From positions 1-64,000 of the IMG/VR virus record IMGVR_UViG_3300049139_000178: a stretch of 64,000 nucleotides of DNA; one strand, 5' to 3'. The notes under the pieces are model-generated. The model had not been told where the DNA came from. It searched no databases and was given only the letters and a program-made list of their open reading frames with translations. Each line of letters starts with the position of its first letter. The stretch's first letter is position 1. Positions 36,201-44,217 of this stretch are shown piece by piece. Source of the stretch: a virus. Position numbers and translations under genes: made by a program.

Positions 36201-37613
36201 GAGTACCGCTCGTACTTCAGCGGCGACCTGAAGGCGACCCGGGGCGTGCGGCGCGCTCTGGGTGAGCCCTCGGACTACGTCCGGCGCGAGATGCGCGTGG
36301 CCCACCTCCAGCACCGCATGACGTACAACGGCTGGCGCGTGGACGTCCCCGAACTGACCAGGCTGGTGCAGGCTGAGGCCGACAAGCGGCAGGAGTCGCT
36401 GGAGTGGTTGCATGAGAACTGCGGCGTGCCGCTGACTAGGTCGGTCGGCAAGGGCCGGGGAAAGAACCGCGTCTTCACGGACGAGCCGGTGCTTGCCCCC
36501 TTGTCCACCAATGAGGGCCGGGACGCCCTCATCCGGGCGTTCGCCGATCGGGGCCTGCCGTACTACCTCAAGACGGCGTCCGGGACACTCGCCACCAGCA
36601 AAGACGCGCTGGGTGAGGGTGCCTACCTGGTGGGCAAGGGCAAAGAGACCCGCGAAATGCCCGCCCTTCTCAACCCGAACCGCCGCCCGTTCCACCCGGA
36701 CGCGGACTGGGCGGCGATCGAGGAGATGGCGGGCCACATCGTCACCGTGACGTCTTCGGTGCAGAAGTACGCGGAGATCCAGAAGCACCTCATCGGGGAC
36801 CGGGTGCACCCGAAGGTCGGTGACCTCCAGGCGTCCGGTCGGTGGGCGTACATCAACCCGTCAGTGACCAACATGGGCAAGCGTGGCGGCAAGGTCCACC
36901 AGCGGCGCCCGATGATCGCCGATGACGGCATGCTGCTGGTTGCGTTCGACCTGGACCAGGTCGACATGCGCGCCGTGGCCGGACACAGCCAGGACGAGGC
37001 GTACATGGCGCTGTTCGGGCCGGGCATGGATGCGCACAGCATGGTCACCGATGCCGTGTTCGGCCGGGACAACTGCGGGTGCACGGGACCGAAGCACACC
37101 TGTGAGTGGCGGGACAAGGCCAAAGCATCCGGTCACGGCTGGAACTACGGCATGGGCGTGGACAGTCTTGTCCTCCGCCAGGGTGTCGAGCGGGCGGTGG
37201 CTCAGCAGTTCGACGACCAGATGAACGCACAGTTCCCGGGGCTGTGCGCCTGGAGGACTGAAGTCCGCGAGCGGGGCAAGGCCGGCGAGCTGCTGGACAA
37301 CGGCTTCGGCCGGCTTATGCGCTGCAACCCCGACCGTGCCTGGACGCAGGCTCCGGCGCTGATGGGCCAGGGTGGCGCCCGGGACATCATGTGCGAGGCG
37401 CTGTTGCGGCTCGTCGACCGGGCCCCGGAGGCCACGGAGTGGCTGCGATGCGTCGTGCACGACGAGGTCGTCCTGTGCGTCCCCGAACACCGCGTGGAGG
37501 AGACCACGGCCACCGTGCTGGAGGCTTTCACGTTCGAGTTCAAGGGCGTGCCGATCACGGCAGGCGCCTCCAAGGCGGCCGTGTCGTGGGACGCGTGCTA
37601 CGCGAAGGACTGA
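33243..37613 (+). CDS. fused DUF3854/Toprim primase - P4/D5-type SF3 helicase - family A DNA polymerase
   Basis: ITEGIKKAD, CFDAD, KGVDD; GGGSNGKS; exo FDIE/GHNLLGFD; pol DLDQVDMR, RxxxKxxxHGxNYG, VHDE. Confidence 0.9.
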   Translation: MTTYVEANAGQLSDHHLAELDASEIAPEVREERGYETLYGTDEDKALLRQEKIPVWAWREESAFPGLLLPMYRVTGERIGAMFKPGIPQVHNEKKVKYATPVGKSRLDIPPTVAHLVRPTDPKVILEAPLWITEGIKKADALASKGLATVTLSGVFNWRATLGTLGDWEDIPLKGRRVIICFDADARHKPSVLSAMIRLGRWLETRRVESVYYLIVPEEVNGAQVKGVDDYLHAGGTLEGLRDAATREVPSDNTRDAAFSDAVLVETLCMEALEGNYRWASGLGWLNWNGSVWAECSEAQVLEEIRLWARAGWDRTLEEMRGGKDLRGQLDGWKGVLSAGKLGSLLKLARGVAGILADANDFDYDPDVINCRNGILDLRTGVLTPHDPDRLMTKITGCDYVKGATHPDWTTALEAVPDDSRDWFQIRSGQAITGHTPPDDMILICQGGGSNGKSSVMDSIAMAAGKRGGYHTVVSDKALLGNASDGHSTEMMPFMGARLAVLEETPEAKRLDVNRVKKLAGTDQITARKIRQDNITFATTHSLVINTNFKPLVDETDHGTWRRLAMLVFPFTFRKPGEACTGPNDKAGDPNLRQRLRADERVAEAVLAWLVEGARKWYAADMILPPPPRRVEKDTLEWRRESDLILSFIGDVLEFDWNSHIAARELHEVFNKYLVDKGHREWTDRTFVSRFGSHDECSRNSVQRKKIRARDGRSTLGGPAPTGVNYYAWLGIKFQDPNGNGQVSEEESGGVPPVPSPPVNGETVSRIEVTDAGGTGGTPPQRDPEADPFGDDPFAEAEAPRVATVPAPAPSPESVPPRAGGVIGFDIESHSAKRLFTHTDLGGDPYTKLSGYVTEDGTEVVVNSVQELIKRLEDADEIYGHNLLGFDLMALARHHGADYDKLAAKTVDTMRWAMTVDPPGAKGEKPWSAKGYYSLDGLAARLGMPGKTDDLRALAIKHAPEEIDGRKLTDDERAEIGYGRIPEDDPEYRSYFSGDLKATRGVRRALGEPSDYVRREMRVAHLQHRMTYNGWRVDVPELTRLVQAEADKRQESLEWLHENCGVPLTRSVGKGRGKNRVFTDEPVLAPLSTNEGRDALIRAFADRGLPYYLKTASGTLATSKDALGEGAYLVGKGKETREMPALLNPNRRPFHPDADWAAIEEMAGHIVTVTSSVQKYAEIQKHLIGDRVHPKVGDLQASGRWAYINPSVTNMGKRGGKVHQRRPMIADDGMLLVAFDLDQVDMRAVAGHSQDEAYMALFGPGMDAHSMVTDAVFGRDNCGCTGPKHTCEWRDKAKASGHGWNYGMGVDSLVLRQGVERAVAQQFDDQMNAQFPGLCAWRTEVRERGKAGELLDNGFGRLMRCNPDRAWTQAPALMGQGGARDIMCEALLRLVDRAPEATEWLRCVVHDEVVLCVPEHRVEETTATVLEAFTFEFKGVPITAGASKAAVSWDACYAKD
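35487..35581. other. nested inverted repeat, candidate replication origin inside the helicase-polymerase linker
   Basis: GGAGGTGTACC/GGTACACCTCC and CCTGTACC/GGTACAGG flank an AT-richer core. Confidence 0.45.
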
Positions 37614-37618
37614 CGGCC

Positions 37619-37828
37619 ATGGCTGACGTGATCGAGTGCCCCCTGTGCGGGGACCTGGTGGACACGGGCGCGATGGACGACTCGCTCAAGGGCTCGCACG
37701 TCCCGGGGCACGGGCCCGGCGGGTGGCGGCTGTGCGAGGCCTCGGGGCTGCCCGTCGATGAGGCCCTCGCCATAGCCATCTTGCGTGCAGAGGGCGGCGA
37801 GCGTCTGCGTCTGGCGGCTCACCCGTAG
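37619..37828 (+). CDS. small zinc-finger protein
   Basis: CPLCG...H...C; follows the polymerase stop. Confidence 0.65.
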   Translation: MADVIECPLCGDLVDTGAMDDSLKGSHVPGHGPGGWRLCEASGLPVDEALAIAILRAEGGERLRLAAHP

Positions 37829-37852
37829 ATGCGGTGCCGGGACAGCTCCGAG

Positions 37853-37892
37853 GGGGTTGTCCCGGCGTCTCGGCCATGGTTTAATTAAATCG
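37853..37892 (+). promoter_or_regulatory. conserved bipartite promoter/operator box (representative rightward copy)
   Basis: GGGGTTGT-N-CATGGTTTAATTAAATC; other rightward copies at about 49872, 51716, 55406, 57292, 58583, 60636. Confidence 0.8.
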
Positions 37893-37939
37893 AATGGTTC
37901 GGGCCGGTCGGCCCGGCTACGACCAAGGAAGGCGGGACC

Positions 37940-38104
37940 GTGTCGTACAAGCCCGGAAGCTACAGCCAGGATCTCCGTTCCGACCACCAGAACGGCGACC
38001 ACGTTGAGCAGAGCGCGACCCACTGCCCCTCGTGTCTCTTCCCCTCCCTCTCCCGTCAGCCCTCGAATGAAGAACTGCTCCGCGTCGCGCAGGAAGAGGA
38101 CTGA
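37940..38104 (+). CDS. small hypothetical protein (54 aa), not in the ORF track
   Basis: GTG after the box and GACCAAGGA at 37921; H...CPSC. Confidence 0.6.
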   Translation: MSYKPGSYSQDLRSDHQNGDHVEQSATHCPSCLFPSLSRQPSNEELLRVAQEED

Positions 38105-38107
38105 CCC

Positions 38108-38632
38108 ATGAGTGCTGACACCTACGACCTCGGCCACATCGCGAGCGGTATCGACCGCATCGAGCGGGCACGGAAGACCATCGACCGCCGGAAGTACACC
38201 GACAAGGTGGGCAACGACTGGACCGCCGGTATCGAGGGCATGAAGCACCCGAAGGTCGTCGGCGTCTACGGCGAGGCGGTGCTGGACTACAGCGACGATG
38301 GTGCCCGGTTCCAGGTGAACGGCTACACCCATGGCGGGCATCACCTCTATCGCCGGGAGTTCGCATCGCTGGACGCGGCCCTGCGCAACGGCTCTCGTGT
38401 GGCTCACGACGGCCCGACGCCTGCCGAGCGCGTGGAGGCGTGGAACCTGACGTATCCCGAGGGCCGGGCCGTGCGCTACTGGACCGGGGCGCGCGAGGGC
38501 GCTGGCGCGACGGGGCGCACTCGCAGCGCGGCGTGGGTCGCCGAGGGCCACACCGCCGTCGTCCAGGTCACCGGTCACGGTGCCTGGATCGCCCTGACCC
38601 ACGTCGACCCGATCCCGGAGACGGAGGGCTGA
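38108..38632 (+). CDS. hypothetical protein
   Basis: GAGGA RBS; C-terminal WN-x2-YP-x-G...TRS-x-AW motif. Confidence 0.75.
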   Translation: MSADTYDLGHIASGIDRIERARKTIDRRKYTDKVGNDWTAGIEGMKHPKVVGVYGEAVLDYSDDGARFQVNGYTHGGHHLYRREFASLDAALRNGSRVAHDGPTPAERVEAWNLTYPEGRAVRYWTGAREGAGATGRTRSAAWVAEGHTAVVQVTGHGAWIALTHVDPIPETEG

Positions 38633-38635
38633 GCG

Positions 38636-38833
38636 GTGACCGCGTTCGTGCGCGCCTTCGTCTTCTGCGACGACTGCGGTCAACCCCTCGACACCGACAC
38701 CGTGCCGGCCGCCAGCAGCATCAGCGAGGCCCTGCGCGACGCCAAGCGGCGGGGCTGGGTCCGAAAGCGCGGGCGTTGCGACCTCTGCGGGGGTTGCAAG
38801 GTCAAGACCAAGGAAGCGAGGAACGAGGAATGA
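38636..38833 (+). CDS. small zinc-finger protein
   Basis: CDDC...GW...DLCGGC. Confidence 0.65.
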   Translation: MTAFVRAFVFCDDCGQPLDTDTVPAASSISEALRDAKRRGWVRKRGRCDLCGGCKVKTKEARNEE

Positions 38834-39138
38834 GCGACGACAAGGGGCACGGCTACACGTGGGCGGACCTGCGCGAGCGGCCGGCCGACGAACTGGGTGT
38901 CGGGGATACGTGGGTTAACCCGGATGCGTTCACGGTGTACCGGGTCGACAAGGACGGCAACGTGTACCCCGGTCTGTCTCCGCTGGACGGCTACGCGTGG
39001 ACCATCACGGCTCGCGACGGGAACACCGTCACGGCCCGGCGCCATGACAGGCGACAGGCGGAGACCGCGACGATCCCCGAGGGGCAGCGCGTCCTCGCCG
39101 TCGTGCGCACGACCGACGAAACGGGGGCCGGGGTATGA
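38830..39138 (+). CDS. hypothetical protein
   Basis: GACCAAGGA and GAGGA before ATG. Confidence 0.65.
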   Translation: MSDDKGHGYTWADLRERPADELGVGDTWVNPDAFTVYRVDKDGNVYPGLSPLDGYAWTITARDGNTVTARRHDRRQAETATIPEGQRVLAVVRTTDETGAGV

Positions 39139-39569
39139 GCGTCCACTTGGAGTGCGACCGCTGCGGGTTCCAGGAGCAGACCGGCAGCGTGATGCTGTTC
39201 GCCGGACTCACTGGCCCCGGGATCCCGACGGCCCGCCCCGAGCTACCGGTCGGCTGGACACGGCCCCGGCTCCCCACCGAGGACGACGAGCTGCGCGACC
39301 AGGAGCTGTGCCCCGGGTGCAAGGCGGACCTGTTCGCGTTCATGCGCGGCGTCGCCGTCCCGGGCCGGACGGTTCCGGTGGAGGTTTGTCAGGGCTGCGG
39401 GCACCACGCGGGCGAGGGGTGCGGCTGTCCGCCGAACCGGATCTGCCCCGGCTGCGGGCACCTGCGTCACGCGGACCCGTGCCCCGACCACGTCTCCGAG
39501 GTCGGCCCGTGCGGCTGCAAGGAACTGACGACCCGCAAGCAGATGAAGGAGCTGGGGATCTATGACTGA
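39135..39569 (+). CDS. Cys-rich zinc-finger protein
   Basis: multiple CxxC/CGH motifs; ATGA coupling. Confidence 0.7.
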   Translation: MSVHLECDRCGFQEQTGSVMLFAGLTGPGIPTARPELPVGWTRPRLPTEDDELRDQELCPGCKADLFAFMRGVAVPGRTVPVEVCQGCGHHAGEGCGCPPNRICPGCGHLRHADPCPDHVSEVGPCGCKELTTRKQMKELGIYD

Positions 39570-39978
39570 ACCGAGGCGCACGCGGCTGGTCGTGGACATC
39601 GAGTGGCGCGGCCACCCCAACGCCGAGCCCGGGGACGAGTACTACGCGGACGCCGAGCTGCCCGAGGTGGCGACGCGGTGGATCACAGATGCGTTCTACG
39701 ACCGCGACGACTCTCCTCAGGTCACCGTGACCGACGTCGGCGAACCCGGACCCGACGCTGATGGGCCCGGGACCGAGGACGTCATCTATGAAGTCGTCGG
39801 TGGATGGGGTGTGAGCAGCGCGGACAGTGCAGAGGACGCTCGCCGGAAGGTCGCGGAGGCGTTGCGGGACTACCCGCACAGCGGGGCACGGGCTCAACAG
39901 CGTGTGTATCGCGACTGGCCTGACGGCTCCGAGTACTACGGCCCGTGGACGGACTTGCCGGAGGAGACTGATGACTGA
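39562..39978 (+). CDS. hypothetical acidic protein
   Basis: overlaps the upstream stop; hairpin terminator at about 40000-40036. Confidence 0.7.
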   Translation: MTEPRRTRLVVDIEWRGHPNAEPGDEYYADAELPEVATRWITDAFYDRDDSPQVTVTDVGEPGPDADGPGTEDVIYEVVGGWGVSSADSAEDARRKVAEALRDYPHSGARAQQRVYRDWPDGSEYYGPWTDLPEETDD

Positions 39979-40129
39979 CTGATCGTCCGACGAATCACCG
40001 AGCCCCGGAGCCCTACGGCCCGGGGCTTCGTCGTGCACCGCTCGCCCCGCTCACGGGGCCGCCGGAACGATCATGGGCTGCTCCGGTCTTAACATCGCCC
40101 GCGTCCGTCGACCAGGCGAAGGGGCCGCG

Positions 40130-40966
40130 ATGACCACGACCATCGGAACCGAACAGGTCTCGCTGGAAGACCTCACCCCGTTCCCCGGCAACGCGCGCCG
40201 GGGCAACGTGGAGACGATCCTGGACAGCCTCCGGGCGAACGGCCAGTACAAGCCGCTCACCGTTCGCCGGGCCGGCGAGACGCTGACGATCCTCGCCGGG
40301 AATCACACGTACGTAGCGCTGCTGCGGCACGAGGAGTCCGGCCGCGAAGCCTGCCAGGACTGGGAGCTGGCCAACGACCGGCCGTGCCAGCTCTGCATCA
40401 ACGTCGACCGCGACGACCCGACTGCGCTCTCCCATCTCATCGAGTGCGACGACGACACCGCCAAGCGCATCAACCTGGTGGACAACAAATCGGCGGACGA
40501 CGGCACCTACGACGACGAGGCCGTGGCCGCCATCCTCGGCTCGCTGGAGGGCGGTGTCGTCGGCACCGGCTTCACAGACGACGAGGCCGACTCTCTGCTG
40601 GCCCGGTTCGAGGAGGAGGAGGTCGTCGCGTACACCGCGCCGGCCGTCGCCGAGTACAACGACTCCCCGGAGGAACGCCAGGCCCGCATCGACTCGCACG
40701 GCGGGGAGAACAGCCGTACCTACGAGTCCCGGGGCGTGCGGGACATCTTCCTCGCCATGCCCAACGCCGAGGCCGACGAGCTGGGCCGCTGCATCATGGC
40801 GCTGCGCGAGCACTTCGGCGCCATGAGCCAGAGCGAGATCGTGCTGCGGGCGGCCCGGGTGGCCGTGGCGGTGATGGACGGTGCCGGCTCGGGCCTGACC
40901 CTCGCGGAGTGCCTCAGCCGGGGCGAGGAGATCTACGCCCCGGAGGAGACCGAGGACGCGACGTGA
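40130..40966 (+). CDS. ParB/Srx N-terminal domain protein
   Basis: LTPFPGNAR, SLRANGQYKPL, ILAGNHT-x2-AL, DN. Confidence 0.85.
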   Translation: MTTTIGTEQVSLEDLTPFPGNARRGNVETILDSLRANGQYKPLTVRRAGETLTILAGNHTYVALLRHEESGREACQDWELANDRPCQLCINVDRDDPTALSHLIECDDDTAKRINLVDNKSADDGTYDDEAVAAILGSLEGGVVGTGFTDDEADSLLARFEEEEVVAYTAPAVAEYNDSPEERQARIDSHGGENSRTYESRGVRDIFLAMPNAEADELGRCIMALREHFGAMSQSEIVLRAARVAVAVMDGAGSGLTLAECLSRGEEIYAPEETEDAT

Positions 40967-42051
40967 CCACCCCTCCCGAGCTGACCGCCGGCGTGGACTT
41001 CCGGCAGTCCTCCCTCCGGCGCGAGGTGTTCCTGCGCTTTTACGAGTGGTCGGTGCGGCACAAGTCGTTCCCCGGCGGGGTGCATTACGTGCTGCCGCAC
41101 CTGGCCGACGTACTCGGATGGGACACGGAGCAGCGGTTCTGGGCCGCTTTCCTCAACGCCAATACGCAGAACCCCGTCACCACGCTGCTGCTCATGCAGG
41201 CCGCCCCGCACCCCGCCGACACCTCCGGGGCGCTGGCGTTCTGGCAGCGTCACTACCGCGAGCTGGAGTGGGACACCGACCGCCGGTACCACAAGGCCCG
41301 GTTCGGCGACGCGGTGGACGGCTATCTGCACCTCGTCGGCTCCGGCCCGGCGGCGCAGACCCGCTACTTCCGCCGGCCGCACGAGTGGACGGCGTGGTGG
41401 GAGGCTGCGTCGGCCGTGCCGACCATGGGGCGCCTGTCCACCTGGAGCTATTTGGAGTACCTGCGGATCCTGGAGTGCGGGGCCCCGGACGCCGACACGC
41501 TCATGCTCACCGACATCCCCGGCTCCCGCAGTCACCGCAACGGCCTCGCCCTGGTGGCCGGACACGACGAGTGGATCTCAGACAAGCAGCTCGGCCGGGC
41601 CCCGGTCAGCTACACCCCGGACATCCTGAGCGAGCTGGCCTCCGTCGGCTACGGCTTGCTGCGCGAGGCGGCCCGCCGCCTGCCCGGTGACCGCACGGTC
41701 GGCTACCTGTCGCTGGAGTCGGCTCTGTGCACGTACAAGAGCTGGCACAAGCCGAACCGCAGGTACCCCGGCGTCTACAACGACATGCTGCACGACCGGC
41801 TCGTGCGGGCTGAGAACCGCTTCGGCCGCCGCTTCGGCGCCATCTGGGACGCCCGGCGCGAGGCCCTGCCCGCCAGGTTGCGGCTGGAGGACAACCCCGG
41901 CGATCCGGGCTGCGTGCCGGTCAAACAGAACTGGTACCTGACCACCGGCCAGGTCATCGGCATGGCGGAAGAGTGGCCGTGCTTCAGCAACGACTTCGAC
42001 CGCATGGTGCGCGAGGGCGTGTTCGGCGTGAGGGAGCGGGCGTGGCTGTGA
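40963..42051 (+). CDS. amino acid:DNA transferase (aGPT-Pplase2 clade, HhH-glycosylase fold)
   Basis: RREVFLRFY, NANTQNP, WDTDRRYHK, GRLSTWSYLE, SHRNGL, LESALCTYKS, RYPGVY; sits with a kinase and a PLP gene. Confidence 0.82.
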   Translation: MTTPPELTAGVDFRQSSLRREVFLRFYEWSVRHKSFPGGVHYVLPHLADVLGWDTEQRFWAAFLNANTQNPVTTLLLMQAAPHPADTSGALAFWQRHYRELEWDTDRRYHKARFGDAVDGYLHLVGSGPAAQTRYFRRPHEWTAWWEAASAVPTMGRLSTWSYLEYLRILECGAPDADTLMLTDIPGSRSHRNGLALVAGHDEWISDKQLGRAPVSYTPDILSELASVGYGLLREAARRLPGDRTVGYLSLESALCTYKSWHKPNRRYPGVYNDMLHDRLVRAENRFGRRFGAIWDARREALPARLRLEDNPGDPGCVPVKQNWYLTTGQVIGMAEEWPCFSNDFDRMVREGVFGVRERAWL

Positions 42052-42776
42052 ACAAAGCGATCATCTGCGAGCGGTGGGAGGTGCCACTGGCCGAGCAGAA
42101 CGACGGCAACAGGTGGTTCGCCGACTGGGTCCGCCGCGACCCCAAACAGGCCAGCGCCCACGTCACCGCCGGGTACTGCGCCTACCGCGCGCTCAGCCTC
42201 GTCTACACCCCCGACGAACTGCGCACGGCGGAGGAGTTCTTCGGCGGGCTGGGCTGCCAGTCGCTCATCATCAGCGACCGGTGGCAGCCGGAGCAGCACA
42301 CCATCCACGAGCAGCACCCGGCCGCCGTGGAGCACCTGCGCACGCTGATGCCGTGGGCTGAGGTGTGGCGCTCCGACTCCTACGCCGTGGAGCCGGCCGG
42401 GGCGGATCTGGTCGGGCTGGACTTCGGAGACCTGACGGCGTGGCGGCTGCGCGAGGGCCAGGCCCACCGGCGGCTACTCGATGCGGTGTTCACCCGCCGG
42501 CCGAAGGCTGTCGTACTCACGGACATCGCCGGGCCCCGGCTGCACCTGCACCGGCAGCGCTACGGCGAAGTCCTCGGCGCGGCCAGCCTGCCCGGCTACC
42601 GCACGTACCTGGAGGCGCTGGTGCGCTGGTTCCAGACCACCTACGACTACGCGCTGGTGCGCGGCTACTGGCAGAGCTGGTCCACCGTGCTCGCGCTCGT
42701 ACCGGCGGAGAACTTCATCGGGCTGGGGTCGCTGGAGCCCGTGCCCGACCGGCCCCGAGGAATCGAGATCCTGTGA
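42048..42776 (+). CDS. divergent Rossmann/SAM-methyltransferase-like protein
   Basis: EEFFGGLGCQS resembles SAM-binding motif I; DS..., LVGLDF; translationally coupled. Confidence 0.5.
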   Translation: MNKAIICERWEVPLAEQNDGNRWFADWVRRDPKQASAHVTAGYCAYRALSLVYTPDELRTAEEFFGGLGCQSLIISDRWQPEQHTIHEQHPAAVEHLRTLMPWAEVWRSDSYAVEPAGADLVGLDFGDLTAWRLREGQAHRRLLDAVFTRRPKAVVLTDIAGPRLHLHRQRYGEVLGAASLPGYRTYLEALVRWFQTTYDYALVRGYWQSWSTVLALVPAENFIGLGSLEPVPDRPRGIEIL

Positions 42777-43645
42777 TGGACCTGGACACCTGGCTCAGCC
42801 CTGTAGAGAACCGGGACGGCCGCCTCTACAAGCGCGAAGACCTCGCCGCGCTGCCGGTCGGCGTCAACGGCTCCAAGTTGCGCGCCTGCGAGCACCTGAT
42901 AGGCCGGGCGGCACGCGCCGGCGCCAAGCGCGTCATCTCCGCAGCCTCGGTGCTCTCCCCGCAGAGCGCCATGGCGGCCGTCCTGGCGCAGCGCCACGGG
43001 CTGGGTTGCACGGTCGTCGTCGGCGGCACGAAGCCCAGCACGGCCATCCGCCACCCGTCGGTGCGCATGGCCGTGGACCACGGCGCCTCGTTGGAGTTCG
43101 CGGCCGTCGGCTACAACCCGGCGCTTCAGTCCTACGCGCGCAAGCTGGCCGCGCTCGACCCCGACGCCTACTGGCTCCAGTACGGCATCACCACCCCGCC
43201 GTCCGCCGGCCGCGAGGAGCTGCGCGCCTTTCACAACGTCGCCGCCCGGCAGACGGCCAACCTGCCGCGCGGGGTGGAGACGCTCGTCGTGCCGTTCGGC
43301 TCGGGCAACACGGCCGCCGGGGTGCTCATGGGCCTGGCGCAGCGAGCCCCGGCGGACCGTCCGGAGCGCATTGTACTCGTCGGCATCGGCCCCGACCGGC
43401 GGACCTGGCTCGCGGACCGCTTCGCCGCGATGGGCCTGCGCCTCCCGGCCTACGAGCACCTGGACCTGCACGGCTCCGGGTATGCCGCCTACGGCGACAA
43501 GATGCCCGGCACCGCCGACGGTATCCGACTGCACCCCACCTACGAGGGCAAGATCGTGCGCTACCTGAACGAGCACCGGCCCGACTGGTGGACCCGGCGC
43601 GACGGCACCACCTGCCTGTGGATCGTGGGAGGGCCGATCTCGTGA
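42776..43645 (+). CDS. PLP-dependent fold type II enzyme (ACC deaminase/cysteine desulfhydrase-like), DNA-modification associated
   Basis: YKREDL, NGSKLR (PLP Lys), SPQ, FGSGNT, PTYEGK. Confidence 0.88.
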   Translation: MDLDTWLSPVENRDGRLYKREDLAALPVGVNGSKLRACEHLIGRAARAGAKRVISAASVLSPQSAMAAVLAQRHGLGCTVVVGGTKPSTAIRHPSVRMAVDHGASLEFAAVGYNPALQSYARKLAALDPDAYWLQYGITTPPSAGREELRAFHNVAARQTANLPRGVETLVVPFGSGNTAAGVLMGLAQRAPADRPERIVLVGIGPDRRTWLADRFAAMGLRLPAYEHLDLHGSGYAAYGDKMPGTADGIRLHPTYEGKIVRYLNEHRPDWWTRRDGTTCLWIVGGPIS

Positions 43646-44217
43646 TCAGTGAGCTGCTGTACCTCGTCGGCCCGCCCGGCGCCGGGAAGTCCACCCTCGC
43701 GCGGGAACTGCGCACCGGCTGGGACACGGAGGTCGACCGGCACCACCCTGTCCCGCATACCCGGCTCACCCACCCGGCGACCGGCCGGACCGTCGGTCTG
43801 GAGCTGGGGGTGCCCCGTCCGGAGTTCCCCGGCACCGACGCCCTGGCCATGGACATAGGGCTCCGGGCCCTCCAGTTCCTCTCCTCCAGCTACCTGCACT
43901 TCGCGCTCGGCGAGGGCGCCCGGCTGGCGACGAAGCCGTTCCTCGCCGGTCTCGCGCAGCAGGGAATTGCCGTGACCGTGGTGGAGCTGATGGCACCGCA
44001 GGCCCTGCTCGACGAGCGGTGGCGCGAGCGCGGAGCGAAGCAGAACCCGTCCTGGCGCAAGGGCGCGGCCACCCGGGCCCGCCGCATAGCCGAGTGGGCC
44101 GCCGGGGCGCCCGGCGTCCGGCTGCGGTGCATCGATGTGGGGGAGTACGGCCTGTCGGAGATGGCGGACGAGGTGCGCGACGCCTTCCCGCCGATAGCCC
44201 TGGGGGTGAACCGGTGA
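43642..44217 (+). CDS. P-loop 5-hydroxymethylpyrimidine DNA kinase
   Basis: GPPGAGKST, FPGTDAL, GEGARL, RG-x2-Q-x3-W-x-KG-x2-TR. Confidence 0.8.
   Translation: MISELLYLVGPPGAGKSTLARELRTGWDTEVDRHHPVPHTRLTHPATGRTVGLELGVPRPEFPGTDALAMDIGLRALQFLSSSYLHFALGEGARLATKPFLAGLAQQGIAVTVVELMAPQALLDERWRERGAKQNPSWRKGAATRARRIAEWAAGAPGVRLRCIDVGEYGLSEMADEVRDAFPPIALGVNR

Noticed and set aside
42776-43645. Metabolic ACC deaminase or cysteine desulfhydrase as an auxiliary metabolic gene
   Set aside because: Tight coupling to the DNA kinase and transferase favours a DNA-modification role.
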